Source: Pseudomonadota bacterium (lineage in GTDB: Bacteria; Bdellovibrionota_B; Oligoflexia; Oligoflexales; CAIYRB01). From it: a stretch of 64,000 nucleotides of DNA. The notes under the pieces were generated by a model, which was not told where the DNA came from, ran no database searches, and saw only the letters and a list, made by a program, of their open reading frames with translations. A program made the translations under genes and the position numbers. The DNA is taken from positions 41,163 through 105,162 of the forward strand of contig JAPLFY010000039.1 in assembly GCA_026390435.1 (NCBI GenBank), in the 5' to 3' direction. Numbering within the stretch: the first letter of the stretch is position 1; each line of letters starts with the position of its first letter. Of the stretch, positions 25,331-35,786 are shown piece after piece.

Positions 25331-28138
25331 ATGTTCAAGTGCGCAATCAGCTGGCTGGGCCGCTTTTTGACCTACGGTTTGTTCGTAAGTCTTATAGTTA
25401 GTGCGAGGGCGAATGCTGATGAAGTGCTTAGCCAGCCTTTCGATCTCGAAGTTGACATGCTGAAGAGCGAAGGACACAGGAGCTCCATCGAGCCTCGGCT
25501 AGGCACGGTGCAGAATCTTCAGGCCGAAGCTACGGCTAGATCGGCATTGAATATCTCAGCTCGCGCAAAAGCGTTAGCGGACACAGTCGAATATCTACAA
25601 GTCGATGTTTATATCGAAAACCGTCGTGACTATCCTGTCGATGCGGTCGTTCTGAATTTTGATCAGGACGGTGGCGCAGGTCAGATCTGGGACCTGACGA
25701 CGGACGCATACAATAAACAACCTTTGGCTGCACCTTACGCATTAAAAGTCGGGCGAATTGCCGCTTACGGCGTGAAGCGCGTGATCCTTAGCGTGAAGAA
25801 GTCTCTGGCACCACACCTTCGCGGAACCATCACCCTGCAGCCGAGCTCTGGCGAAGGACAGATGACTACGGACCTCTTGGTGTCTCCAGCCAACGACGAG
25901 CTGTGGGCAGTGAGCTCGGACACGAACGAAGTAGTTGCTTATGCGCTGCCAGGAAAACAAGAGATTGCTCGCTTATCTGTTGGCGCGCAGCCGGCTGGTA
26001 TAGCCTTACAAAAGGCCCGTGACTGGATCGTCGTTAGCTCGGCGAAAGGTAATTCGCTGACGGTGATCGATCGCCGCACGAAGACCGTATTGAGTGTCCT
26101 CGGTAATAACGAGGAGTTCGGTCGTGAGCTCCGTTATGTACTCGTTTCACAAAAGTCGCCGACTATCTACGTCAGCAGCTACGTCGAGGGGACACTGTCT
26201 GAAATCAAGCTGAATGATGCGGCGCAAGTTGCTTCATCAAAGACTCTTAAGATCGGTGCTCGGCCGACAGGCATGAGCATGACCTTTGATGAGTCTCAGT
26301 TGTACATCGCCCACTTTTTGCCCCGTGGCGATATCAATCATAATGAAGCTTGGATCAGCGTCGTGACTCTGCCGAAATTTGTGGCAGAAAAAGATGCAGT
26401 GATTGAAGACCACTTCAATCCTGATAATCCAAGGATGCAGTGCCTCGCTGATTTTTATAATAACTATCCGCCGGCTAAATTAATCTACGGCAAACTCAAG
26501 GCAACTGATTTCAGTTTGGAAGGAACAGCAAGCCAACTATCCGGCGTCTTCCTCGACCCAGCGGGTCAAGTTGCCTGGGTGCCAGGTACAAGAATCACTG
26601 GTGCTTTAGTGGTACTGGAGCGCGGCCAAAATGCCGACAAATCGCTCAAGAGATTTGGTGGACTTCAGCCCGCTCAGCTCAGTGCTCCTCTCATCTTTCC
26701 TCTGGATGCTAGTAAGAAATCTGAGTTGAACAGCATCTATACGCGTGATGTCGAGATGGCGATTCCGTCGCTGAAAAATATTGTTTACTGCATGCGTCAT
26801 CCGCTTGAGATCGAATTTATCGACCGTGCTTTGCAAAGTAACGGCAAGGAGCAAACCAATCCATTTCTAGCCTACGGCGTCCCGCATGCGGGATTAACAG
26901 GGTTGGGTTTGGTTAATACCATTCGCTTCACCAAAGGTGGCCGGTTTGCCTTAATCCTGAGCCATGTTTCTGACGAGATTGCGATCTATGATGCCACCAC
27001 GATCAATCCTGCCAGTCAGTTGCATTTTCAACTGTCGGGGTCCAACCCAAAGGGCATGACCGTCTCGCCTGATGGTAAGAAGATTTACGTCTCCTATGAG
27101 AATTCTGATTTTATCTCTGAGATCGATGCCTCTGCTTACGCTCCAGAGGAGCCAAGTCGTCTGACGGCGCCTTATCAGATTCCTTATCGCTACTTCCCCA
27201 CGACCAAGGCCCTAGTGCAGCTTGGTGGAGTTGTTGGCTTCCCCCTGATTCGTAACATCGAAAAGGTGGCAGTTAAGCCAGCTCTTCAGGAAACTGCACG
27301 CCTCAAGCTTAGGTCCACGGATCCGCTCAGCCCTGAAATGCGCCGCGGCAAGACTCTATTCGCTTCAGCCAATCCAGATAAATATCCAGTGTCGATGAAT
27401 CGTCTTGGAGCATGTGCATCATGCCATCCGGACGGCGGCAACGATGGCACCAGCTGGGTCACTATGGAAGGTCCGCGCCGGACGATATCGCTCAGAGGTG
27501 GCGTTGCCGATCGCGGCTGGCTCCACTCGAGTGCAACTCATACTAATAGCCACGAGTTTGTCGAGACGATCGTCCCGGAGCGCCTAGGTGGAAAGCTGGA
27601 AAAGTCTGATCTAGACGCAATGGCTCAGTATCTCGATCACGGTATTCCAAAGCTGCAAAGCCCGCGGGTAGATGCTGTATTGGCAAAACGTGGCGAAGAA
27701 CTGTTTCAGAACAATTGTGCCAGCTGTCACCGCGGCACCGCTCACACTAGCGGTGTGAAGGCTGATGGAACGCCACGTCTCTATAATATCGGTACGGCAA
27801 ACCCTAATCACGGTGTGGCGGCAGGCCGTTTTTCCAACACTCTGATTGGCTTGGCTGATGCTAAATCGAAAGAGATTGCGGAAGCACTCATCGGCGACCG
27901 GGCTCTCGGTGGCGACGATCCGATTCAGGCAATTCTCGACTACCGGCCACGTCCCGTTCGTGATGTTGGACAGCTAAAGGCTCCGGCTTTAACAAACACA
28001 TTTGACAATGTCGTCTTCTTCCATGATGGTTCGGTCGATAATCTCAAGGGCGCTATCACCCGGATCAACGGCCTACTTGGACTCAGTCTTACAGTTGATG
28101 ATATCGATGCTCTTGAAGCGTATGTGACGACTCTTTAA
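25331..28138 (+). CDS. Secreted beta-propeller (YVTN/YncE-like repeats) fused to a di-haem cytochrome c peroxidase/MauG-like C-terminal domain
   Basis: The ATG at 25331 has an AGGAGG RBS, and a signal peptide follows. Repeated motifs of the type GAQPAGIAL...VSSAKGNSLTVID and GSNPKGMTVSPDGKKIYVS are present. There are two CxxCH motifs (CASCHPDG, CASCHRG) in a CCP-like context (GKTLFAS..., GEELFQNN..., VVFFHDGSVDNL). Confidence 0.75.
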   Translation: MFKCAISWLGRFLTYGLFVSLIVSARANADEVLSQPFDLEVDMLKSEGHRSSIEPRLGTVQNLQAEATARSALNISARAKALADTVEYLQVDVYIENRRDYPVDAVVLNFDQDGGAGQIWDLTTDAYNKQPLAAPYALKVGRIAAYGVKRVILSVKKSLAPHLRGTITLQPSSGEGQMTTDLLVSPANDELWAVSSDTNEVVAYALPGKQEIARLSVGAQPAGIALQKARDWIVVSSAKGNSLTVIDRRTKTVLSVLGNNEEFGRELRYVLVSQKSPTIYVSSYVEGTLSEIKLNDAAQVASSKTLKIGARPTGMSMTFDESQLYIAHFLPRGDINHNEAWISVVTLPKFVAEKDAVIEDHFNPDNPRMQCLADFYNNYPPAKLIYGKLKATDFSLEGTASQLSGVFLDPAGQVAWVPGTRITGALVVLERGQNADKSLKRFGGLQPAQLSAPLIFPLDASKKSELNSIYTRDVEMAIPSLKNIVYCMRHPLEIEFIDRALQSNGKEQTNPFLAYGVPHAGLTGLGLVNTIRFTKGGRFALILSHVSDEIAIYDATTINPASQLHFQLSGSNPKGMTVSPDGKKIYVSYENSDFISEIDASAYAPEEPSRLTAPYQIPYRYFPTTKALVQLGGVVGFPLIRNIEKVAVKPALQETARLKLRSTDPLSPEMRRGKTLFASANPDKYPVSMNRLGACASCHPDGGNDGTSWVTMEGPRRTISLRGGVADRGWLHSSATHTNSHEFVETIVPERLGGKLEKSDLDAMAQYLDHGIPKLQSPRVDAVLAKRGEELFQNNCASCHRGTAHTSGVKADGTPRLYNIGTANPNHGVAAGRFSNTLIGLADAKSKEIAEALIGDRALGGDDPIQAILDYRPRPVRDVGQLKAPALTNTFDNVVFFHDGSVDNLKGAITRINGLLGLSLTVDDIDALEAYVTTL

Positions 28139-28173
28139 TTAGGACTTTGGCCTTTTAATCGGTGGAATAGCTC

Positions 28174-29205
28174 ATGGAATTTCGTCGTCTAGGTGCTTCT
28201 GGTTTTAAGGTTCCGGCACTCAGCTTGGGCACTGCAACCTTCGGCGGCAAAGGTGACTTATTCAAGGCGTGGGGTTCCACCGATGTCAGTGAGGCCAGGC
28301 GTTTAGTAGATATTTGTCTTGAGTTCGGCGCGAATATGTTTGATTCCGCCGACATGTATTCGAACGGTGCGGCGGAAGAGATCTTGGGACAGGCAATTAA
28401 AGGCCGCCGGGACTCAGTGATCGTCTCCACTAAGGGCACGTTCCCCGTCGGTCCTGGCGCGAATGACGTTGGGTCGTCTCGTTACCATTTGACTAAGACA
28501 ATTGAAGCCAGCCTGCGTCGCCTGGGTACCGATTATATCGACCTTTACCAACTGCACGGATTTGATGCGACGACACCGGTAGAAGAGACCCTTGCAACCT
28601 TGGAAGGCTTTGTTCGCGCCGGTAAGATCCGCTACATCGGTTGTTCCAATTTCTCCGGCTGGCATCTCATGAAGTCGCTCGCTGCGTCAGAGCGGCTTGG
28701 GATTTCGCGATATGTTGCGCACCAAGCCTATTACTCTCTAGTTGGACGTGACTTCGAGAGTGAGTTGATGCCACTCGCCGCAGACCAAGGAGTGGGCACG
28801 GTGGTGTGGAGTCCGCTGGGCTGGGGCCGCCTGACTGGTAAGATTCGTCCTGGCCAAGCCCTGCCGACTGTTAGTCGGCTGCAAAGTAAGGCCTCCAATG
28901 ACGCCGGTCCTCACATGTCAGATGACTACTTGTATAAAGTGATCGCAGCATTGGATGTGGTGGCAAAGGAAACTGGAAAGACAGTGCCACAAGTCGCCAT
29001 CAATTGGGTGCTGAGTCGTCCGACCGTGGCTAACGTGATTATTGGCGCGCGCAACGAAGAGCAGCTACGGCAAAATCTTGGCGCAGTTGGCTGGCAGTTA
29101 ACGGCGGCTCAGGTTGCAAGCTTAGATGCTGCGAGCGCACTGCCGAAGCCGTATCCCTATTGGCATCAGGCGCAATTTCTTCAGCTTAATCCGCCGCTAG
29201 TGTAG
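28174..29205 (+). CDS. Aldo/keto reductase
   Basis: AKR family motifs are present (LGTATFGG, FDSADMYSNGAAEEILG, GTDYIDLYQLHGFD, IRYIGCSNF). Confidence 0.85.
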   Translation: MEFRRLGASGFKVPALSLGTATFGGKGDLFKAWGSTDVSEARRLVDICLEFGANMFDSADMYSNGAAEEILGQAIKGRRDSVIVSTKGTFPVGPGANDVGSSRYHLTKTIEASLRRLGTDYIDLYQLHGFDATTPVEETLATLEGFVRAGKIRYIGCSNFSGWHLMKSLAASERLGISRYVAHQAYYSLVGRDFESELMPLAADQGVGTVVWSPLGWGRLTGKIRPGQALPTVSRLQSKASNDAGPHMSDDYLYKVIAALDVVAKETGKTVPQVAINWVLSRPTVANVIIGARNEEQLRQNLGAVGWQLTAAQVASLDAASALPKPYPYWHQAQFLQLNPPLV

Positions 29206-29251
29206 ATTTAAATCGATCTGTCGCGGGCGGTTTTGGAAAGTAATGGCCTCT

Positions 29252-30202
29252 TTAAGGCGTGCACGAGGCACCGGTAACGGGGCCTTTGACTGCGTAATGC
29301 GACCCGGTCACGGCCTCTCGGCATTTAAATAGTTTTGCCAGAGATTTGCTTAGGCCTGAGTCGTTGTCGACATTAACAATGAGGTTCCATGCGGCCTCAT
29401 CGCTGGCTTGGCGAGGTAGAAGTACACTACCAGTGATATTTGCCAGGCCTGTGTGAGCTTCAAGGGTGAGCGGACTCCGGATGAACGTCGATTTGTCAAT
29501 CATCTCGAGATTAAGCTGGGTCTTAGGAATCAGCAGTGGTCTATTATTTTCGTCAGCGAGCATCCATACGGCATCCCGTAGAGCCCCATTGAAGCGTCCA
29601 TTTCTCCGTCCAGCTGCTTCTGCCGCGCGCAGTGGCCTACTAAAATGGACATCACCGCCTAATAGGCCCCGACTCAGATAGAAGCTTGGAGCGGCCTTGT
29701 CCGAGAAGATGATGTTGCTAATGGCAACGGCATCAATGTCCACTGCTGTGCCTTCGAGTCTTAAGGCACCGATATAGGTCTTTCCGGCTTCTGGGGCGCG
29801 CAAGATCCATTTGGGCGCAGAGCCATGGATCGTCAGCCGGCCATAATCACCAAACATGGCCTCAATGTCGAAGTGCCAGGATTCTCCAATGAATAGCGTG
29901 CTGAGTTCAGGGGTGATTAATATACGCTTTAAATTTAGGGTGGCAGAGATCTTACGGCTATTGCGGATAGTAACGTCCTGGAGCAGAAGATTGGCCACGC
30001 CACTCAGTTCAATGTCTTTGATTTCGCTCATCAGGGTAGGCAGTACGCTGTGCAGCGAGCGTTCTACATAGTCGTTAAAATAGCCACGAAAACTATCTGA
30101 GCTGATAACGAAACCAAGAGCAATGCGAAGGCCAATGGCAAGGGCGATGATGGCTCCGAGGATGATGGCAACAATATTGCTCAGCTGTTTCATGGCACTC
30201 AC
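29252..30202 (-). CDS. Hypothetical membrane-anchored periplasmic protein
   Basis: It has a single N-terminal TM helix (NIVAIILGAIIALAIGLRIALGFVI). It lies 71 nt downstream of, and co-oriented with, the multicopper oxidase. I recognise no family. The start may be GTG 30202 or ATG 30193. Confidence 0.5.
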   Translation of the reverse strand: MSAMKQLSNIVAIILGAIIALAIGLRIALGFVISSDSFRGYFNDYVERSLHSVLPTLMSEIKDIELSGVANLLLQDVTIRNSRKISATLNLKRILITPELSTLFIGESWHFDIEAMFGDYGRLTIHGSAPKWILRAPEAGKTYIGALRLEGTAVDIDAVAISNIIFSDKAAPSFYLSRGLLGGDVHFSRPLRAAEAAGRRNGRFNGALRDAVWMLADENNRPLLIPKTQLNLEMIDKSTFIRSPLTLEAHTGLANITGSVLLPRQASDEAAWNLIVNVDNDSGLSKSLAKLFKCREAVTGSHYAVKGPVTGASCTP

Positions 30203-30273
30203 TCAGTTGGGCGTGGATTCGTCGATCATCGCCTATTGCTGTTGAAATTGCATTTAATTTCGTGCTGTTAAGG

Positions 30274-31902
30274 TCACTCGGATACGTTGAAGCTAAGCAT
30301 CATGCCGGCATGCAGGTGCTCGGCGATGTGGCAATGAGCCATCCATTGGCCTGGATTCGCCGCCTCAAGGACGATGTCCATGGTCTCCCCGGGTGCGATG
30401 AGCGCGGAGTCTTTCCAGACCAAGTTGGAATTTGCCTGACCGTTTAGGCTAGCAATGACAAAGCGCTGACCGTGAAAGTGAATGGGGTGCTGCATTGGAT
30501 GCACCGATTTAGGGTCGTTGTAGACGCGAATTTTGACGAAATCACCGCGCTTGAATTGCCACTTGATGTGCATGTTTTCTGCCTTAGTCTTCGCATCGAT
30601 TAGCTTCCAGACTAAGTTGGTATTGTCACTCTTGCTGTTCATAGCGGCCATTTCGTCAGTCCATTCGATAGCGCGAGGCTTAGGTCCTTGTGGTTTAGCC
30701 GCGTCCTGCACCTGATGCATGTGGTGCATGTCGTGTCCAGACTCTTTGTGGGGCATGGAAAGCTTGCTGTGGTCGATAACTAGAGTGATAGTTAGTTGTT
30801 TATCGATTGGTCCCTTTAGTTTTTGCTTCACGACTTTCAAATCTGTGATCGAGAGTCCCGGGTTTCTCAGCTTGTTGAAATCGGCGATGAGTTTAGGTGC
30901 TGGGCCATTGCTAACTTCGACAGTCCCTAGTTTAACGCTGCCATCAGGCTTATTATTGACGATGTCGTAGGTCCCGGGCTTGGCATATCGCGCCTCGACG
31001 ATATAGCGCTCGGACGGAGAGATCGTTACAGCGTCGGTCCACTGCTCGTGTTCATAAAGTCCGCCGTCGCTGCCCACCAGTTTCATGCGTGCTCCAGGCA
31101 AAGCGAACTTAATTGTCCTGGTACTTGCTGAGTTAGTTAGGAAGAAGCGGAGGACTTCATCGGCCTGCGCCTGGAGGACAAAGTGATCTTGGCCATTGAT
31201 CAACATAACATCGCCATACCGTCCCATCAGCGTGTGGGTCACCCGGTCGCGGTAAAACGGCGCGGCATCTTTGCCGCTGGCGTCGTCTAAGATTAGTGCA
31301 ACTTCGCGGTTGACCGAATTATAGAAGTTGGGGTCTTTGGGGACGACCCAGAAGTTGCCGTACATGCCTAGCGCCTGGCTATAATCTTCGCGCACATGCG
31401 GGTGATACCAGTACATGCCTGCATCGGGAAACTTGAGGGTGTAGTCATAGGATCCACCTGGGGCAATCGCTGCCTTCTGACTGATTCCGACGACGCCATC
31501 GTTATGGTAGTCCAGTCGCAGGCCGTGCGGATGCAGGGTGGTCGGGATTTCCGTCTCGTTCTTCAAAGTGAGGAAAATGGTGGCGCCTTGTTTGACCTTG
31601 ATGATGGGGCCGGGGACAGTGCCGTTGTATGCGAGCCTGCGGATCCACTGACCACCAATTCTTTGTTTCACTGGTCTAGCTGTGACTATGTATTTGGCTC
31701 CGTCGCTTAATTCTTTGGTCTCCATCGGCTTTGCCTCTGGAAGGCCTTCCACGCTCGTCGGGAAGGTGCCATCAGCGGGTACAGCAGCGACGGTGGTCGC
31801 TGGGGTTGGCACCGAAGTGGTGGCGGAGGGGCTTTGTGTTAGCGTGCAGCTGGATAACATGACGATCAGAGTCAAGACGGCTGTGTCATTTGCTTTTCGC
31901 AT
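30274..31902 (-). CDS. Multicopper oxidase, probable lipoprotein
   Basis: All four Cu-site motifs are present: HPHGL, WYHPHV, HPIHFHG and HCHIAEHLHAGMM. The lipobox-like signal is LIVMLSSC. Confidence 0.88.
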   Translation of the reverse strand: MRKANDTAVLTLIVMLSSCTLTQSPSATTSVPTPATTVAAVPADGTFPTSVEGLPEAKPMETKELSDGAKYIVTARPVKQRIGGQWIRRLAYNGTVPGPIIKVKQGATIFLTLKNETEIPTTLHPHGLRLDYHNDGVVGISQKAAIAPGGSYDYTLKFPDAGMYWYHPHVREDYSQALGMYGNFWVVPKDPNFYNSVNREVALILDDASGKDAAPFYRDRVTHTLMGRYGDVMLINGQDHFVLQAQADEVLRFFLTNSASTRTIKFALPGARMKLVGSDGGLYEHEQWTDAVTISPSERYIVEARYAKPGTYDIVNNKPDGSVKLGTVEVSNGPAPKLIADFNKLRNPGLSITDLKVVKQKLKGPIDKQLTITLVIDHSKLSMPHKESGHDMHHMHQVQDAAKPQGPKPRAIEWTDEMAAMNSKSDNTNLVWKLIDAKTKAENMHIKWQFKRGDFVKIRVYNDPKSVHPMQHPIHFHGQRFVIASLNGQANSNLVWKDSALIAPGETMDIVLEAANPGQWMAHCHIAEHLHAGMMLSFNVSE

Positions 31903-32160
31903 TAAAGAAACTCCAAGTATGTATTGCGGTTATTAACTCTCTGGCGCGGACTGGCTGCAATGGAAAAGCTACTTGGTGGAGCTGGAGAGTTGTCTGGGCT
32001 GACTGTATGATGAGCTTAATATTTAAATAATTACAGTTGTTTAAGTGGTTTTTGGCGGCAATTAGTCGGCCTTCTGCAGTCCTATACAATTCATTCTCAT
32101 TCGGCTAACATCGCATCGATTTATCGCTATTTATGGCGAGCCATTATCGAGGAAACAGTC

Positions 32161-33459
32161 GTGAGCGAGTGGCGCTACCAAAGTGGGTTCGGTAATTATT
32201 TTGAGAGCGAAGCGGAGTCCGGGACCCTGCCTGTTGGGCGCAATAGTCCGCAGCAGGCCGCGCGCGGCTTATATGCCGAGCAGATTAATGGGTCGGCCTT
32301 CACCGCGCCAAATGCAGAGAATCTACGCACCTGGATGTATCGCGTGCTGCCAAGCGTGCGGCACAGCTCGTTCATGCCACTGACGCATGCAACGTTCCGT
32401 AGCGGGCCATTTACTGAGGTGCCGCCGCCGCCAGATCAACTGCGGTGGGATCCACTGCCTTTGCCCAGCGTTCCGACAGATTTCGTCGATGGGATCGTGA
32501 CGGTTTGCGGCAACGGCGATGCCGCAGCGCGTTCAGGCTCTGGCGTCCATCTTTACGTTGCTAATAAGTCGATGACCGATCGAGTGTTCTACAACGCTGA
32601 TGGCGAATTACTCATCGTGCCCCAACTAGGTGCGCTTTTGCTGGTTACTGAGCTGGGCTGTTTGAGTGTCGAGCCGCAAGAGATTGCGGTGATTCCTCGC
32701 GGCATCAAGTTTCAAGTGCGTCTTGCTGGCCCAACTGCTCGCGGTTATATCTGCGAGAATTACGGCGATCATTTCCAGCTACCGCATCGTGGGCCCATCG
32801 GTGCTAACGGTCTGGCAAACAATCGCGATTTCTTAACTCCGGTTGCTTGGTATGCGCGCGGCGACGAGGCCAAGCAGCCTGTCGAATTGGTCTGTAAATT
32901 TTCCGGTAATCTCTGGCGTACGACACTACCGCAATCGCCGTTTGACGTCGTGGCATGGCACGGAAACTATGCGCCGTACAAATATGACCTGCGGCGCTTT
33001 AATACCATTAATACCGTTAGTTTTGATCATCCAGATCCATCCATATTTACTGTGCTGACGGCGCCTTCCGGCAAGCCGGGTACAGCAAATGTAGACTTCG
33101 TCATCTTTCCGCCCCGCTGGATAGTGGCGGAAGATACGTTTAGGCCGCCCTATTTTCATCGCAACATTATGAGCGAGTATATGGGGCTTGTGCATGGCGT
33201 TTACGATGCTAAGCCTGCCGGTGGCTTCACGCCTGGTGGTGGCAGTTTACATAATTGTATGAGCGCACATGGGCCAGAGGCGGCAGCTTTCGCCTCGGCG
33301 AGTGAAGCGCAGCTGAAGCCTGTATATCAAGGTGATACGTTAGCGTTCATGTTTGAGACGGCTTATGTGTATCGGCCAACCGCCTGGGCGCTGAATACGC
33401 CAGTTTTGCAGCGAGATTATCTAGACTGCTGGCAGGGTTTGCAGCCGCAGTTTAAATGA
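32161..33459 (+). CDS. hmgA: Homogentisate 1,2-dioxygenase
   Basis: The N-terminus [27 protein letters not shown] and the later FRPPYFHRN and [11 protein letters not shown] motifs are present. GTG start. Confidence 0.9.
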   Translation: MSEWRYQSGFGNYFESEAESGTLPVGRNSPQQAARGLYAEQINGSAFTAPNAENLRTWMYRVLPSVRHSSFMPLTHATFRSGPFTEVPPPPDQLRWDPLPLPSVPTDFVDGIVTVCGNGDAAARSGSGVHLYVANKSMTDRVFYNADGELLIVPQLGALLLVTELGCLSVEPQEIAVIPRGIKFQVRLAGPTARGYICENYGDHFQLPHRGPIGANGLANNRDFLTPVAWYARGDEAKQPVELVCKFSGNLWRTTLPQSPFDVVAWHGNYAPYKYDLRRFNTINTVSFDHPDPSIFTVLTAPSGKPGTANVDFVIFPPRWIVAEDTFRPPYFHRNIMSEYMGLVHGVYDAKPAGGFTPGGGSLHNCMSAHGPEAAAFASASEAQLKPVYQGDTLAFMFETAYVYRPTAWALNTPVLQRDYLDCWQGLQPQFK

Positions 33460-33480
33460 GGTGTTTGCCTGTTCGATCTG

Positions 33481-35526
33481 TCATTGATTCGAAAGTATCC
33501 GCAACCTAGCCGCCAAATCAGCCGCGCCGGGAGTCGCTGGGTCAATCGCCAGGGCGGCTGACAGTTGCTTGGCGGCCTCAGCGTGGTCCCCTGCCTGTAG
33601 TAGGCAGCTGGCAAAGGCTAGGTGAATCATCGCACTGTCGGGGCTTGCCACGGTCGCTTGCTCGAGCCAGCGTAGCGCTGATTTTAAGTCCCCGCGTGCC
33701 ATGGAAATAAAGCCGATATTGGCCATCGCTAGTCCGTGATTAGGTTGCAGGCGAAGTGCTTGTTGCAGTGCCGCGACTGCATCATCGAGATAGCCCGCTT
33801 CGCGTAGAATCTGACCAAGGTCGCTGTAATAATCTGGCCGAGGGGATAGCGAGACGGCCCGCCTGTATGATGCAATGGACGCATCCAGCTGGCGTAGTCT
33901 TTGCTGCGTGTAGCCTAAATTTTTATGATAACTCGCATCTTCTGGCGCCAGTTCAGAGGCACGCCGCAAGTGTACGGCTGCTTCACCCAAGCGGCCGAGT
34001 CGCGTTAATGCGACGCCTAAATTAGATCTCGCGGCAGCATATTCGGGCCAAAGTTTGACGGTATGCTGCAGTGTCCGTAGAGCCTCATCAAGAATATTTT
34101 GTTCTATGTAGGAGGCTCCGAGATTATTGAAAGCATCGCGGAAATCAGGCTTCAGTTTAAGAGCAGACTGAAAGTGAATTTCGGCTTCACTGAATTTTTG
34201 TTCGGCCAGTAAGATTTTACCGAGATTATTATGCGCTAACCAAGACTTGGGATTGCGCCTGAGGGTGTCCGACCAAATTGTTTTTTCACTCTGGTACACG
34301 GCAGCTTGTTGCTGCGTTTTATGGGCGAAAAATCCGCTAAGCGCACACACAGCCATAAGCTTCACTGAGTTTGGTACGGGCAGCTTCATGCCTAGCTGAA
34401 CGACGAGATAAATCGGCGCAATGACCGCCATGTATTGCCAGTGGTCGGCAACGTCAGCAAAGCGCATGAAGTAAATGCCGTAAATTCCAATCACAGGCGC
34501 TAAAGCGAGGCCGTAGTAACACACAGCCGCTGGCACAGCCCAGCCCCAGCGGCGGCGTCCCCACCAGGCGACTAGGGGTAACGCGACTGCTGCGAGGCTT
34601 GGCAAATAAGTCCAGGGGCTGGCGCTACCCAAGTCTAGTTTCGGATAGATAAACGCGATCTCTGACGGCCACAATGCTTGCTTTAGATAGAACCAGAAGT
34701 TCCAGCCGGCGCGAGCTAGACGCAGATACAAGGGTCCTAGATCCAGTGTTTCACCGAGGGGTAAGGCAGCGTCCGCCGCATACCAAGAGGCCGCGGCGAT
34801 ACCGCTGATCATTGCAGCGGCAAAAAATGGAGCTACGGTAAAAGTGGTTCTTCGCCAGCTGTGAAGAGTTACGAACGCTGCAGCGGTGAGAATGATCGGC
34901 GAAAATATGACGGCAGATTTTGTTAGTAAAGCCGCGACGAAAAGTAAAAGAGAAAGAGCATAGGGTAAATAGATGCGGGCATGAGACGCCGTGACTTCGA
35001 CACTACACTTCTTCTGTTCTTTGTCATGATGCGCGTGCGGTGTTCTTTCTAAATAGGCCAAAAAAGCCAGCCAAGAACCAAGGCAAAAAGTCGTGCTCGC
35101 GAGTGTTTTAAATTGCACGATCCAGGCTACGGCCTCGGTGTTGATTGGATGCACGCAGAATAACAAGGCGCAAAAAAGGGCACCTGGCGTCTTTAGGCGT
35201 CGGAGTATGGCGGCGATGAGAGTCGTATTCAGTGCGTGCAGGATGATGTTGGTGAGGTGATAGGGAAAGGTCCAAGTACCCCACCAGCGATAGGCGTACC
35301 AAAACCAAGTGTAGTGAAGTGGCCAAAAATCTGGCGCCTGGTGACTAAGCCAGATGCGAGCGACTGTACTAAAAGGTGAACTGATCAGCGGGTAGTTAAA
35401 CAGAGCTTCGTTATCGTCCCAGATCGGGGCTCCGTCCAGCGCTGGTGTGTACATCCACCAGGATAGGCCCAGGGCGCTGGCAAAGAATGCCAGCCAAAAG
35501 CCGAGACTGCGGAGTTTGGGATTCAT
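33481..35526 (-). CDS. Polytopic GT-C-like (PMT_2/TMTC-like) membrane protein fused to C-terminal TPR repeats
   Basis: About 400 aa containing at least 9 TM helices are followed by about 270 aa of canonical TPR repeats (AHNNLGKILLAEQKFSEAEIHFQSALKLKPDF..., repeated). Confidence 0.65.
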   Translation of the reverse strand: MNPKLRSLGFWLAFFASALGLSWWMYTPALDGAPIWDDNEALFNYPLISSPFSTVARIWLSHQAPDFWPLHYTWFWYAYRWWGTWTFPYHLTNIILHALNTTLIAAILRRLKTPGALFCALLFCVHPINTEAVAWIVQFKTLASTTFCLGSWLAFLAYLERTPHAHHDKEQKKCSVEVTASHARIYLPYALSLLLFVAALLTKSAVIFSPIILTAAAFVTLHSWRRTTFTVAPFFAAAMISGIAAASWYAADAALPLGETLDLGPLYLRLARAGWNFWFYLKQALWPSEIAFIYPKLDLGSASPWTYLPSLAAVALPLVAWWGRRRWGWAVPAAVCYYGLALAPVIGIYGIYFMRFADVADHWQYMAVIAPIYLVVQLGMKLPVPNSVKLMAVCALSGFFAHKTQQQAAVYQSEKTIWSDTLRRNPKSWLAHNNLGKILLAEQKFSEAEIHFQSALKLKPDFRDAFNNLGASYIEQNILDEALRTLQHTVKLWPEYAAARSNLGVALTRLGRLGEAAVHLRRASELAPEDASYHKNLGYTQQRLRQLDASIASYRRAVSLSPRPDYYSDLGQILREAGYLDDAVAALQQALRLQPNHGLAMANIGFISMARGDLKSALRWLEQATVASPDSAMIHLAFASCLLQAGDHAEAAKQLSAALAIDPATPGAADLAARLRILSNQ

Positions 35527-35786
35527 CTCTATTTGCGGCCCTTTTTAACCTAAATGCTGTGACCTCTGCTTCGGTGGTCGTAGAAAATACTTGAGGTCCG
35601 TAGTGGGCGCTAAGGAATATATTAATGATTTTAGGCGGTTAATGGTGCGCCTTGGAGCTGGTACTCGTCCGGGACCTACTGGTGTGGCTATTTGTTAATC
35701 AAGGCGCAAATTCCACCCCAACCCGGCGTTAGCATGGTACTAATAAAGATCCAGACAGCAGTTAGTGACAGGGTATAGGGAGACTT

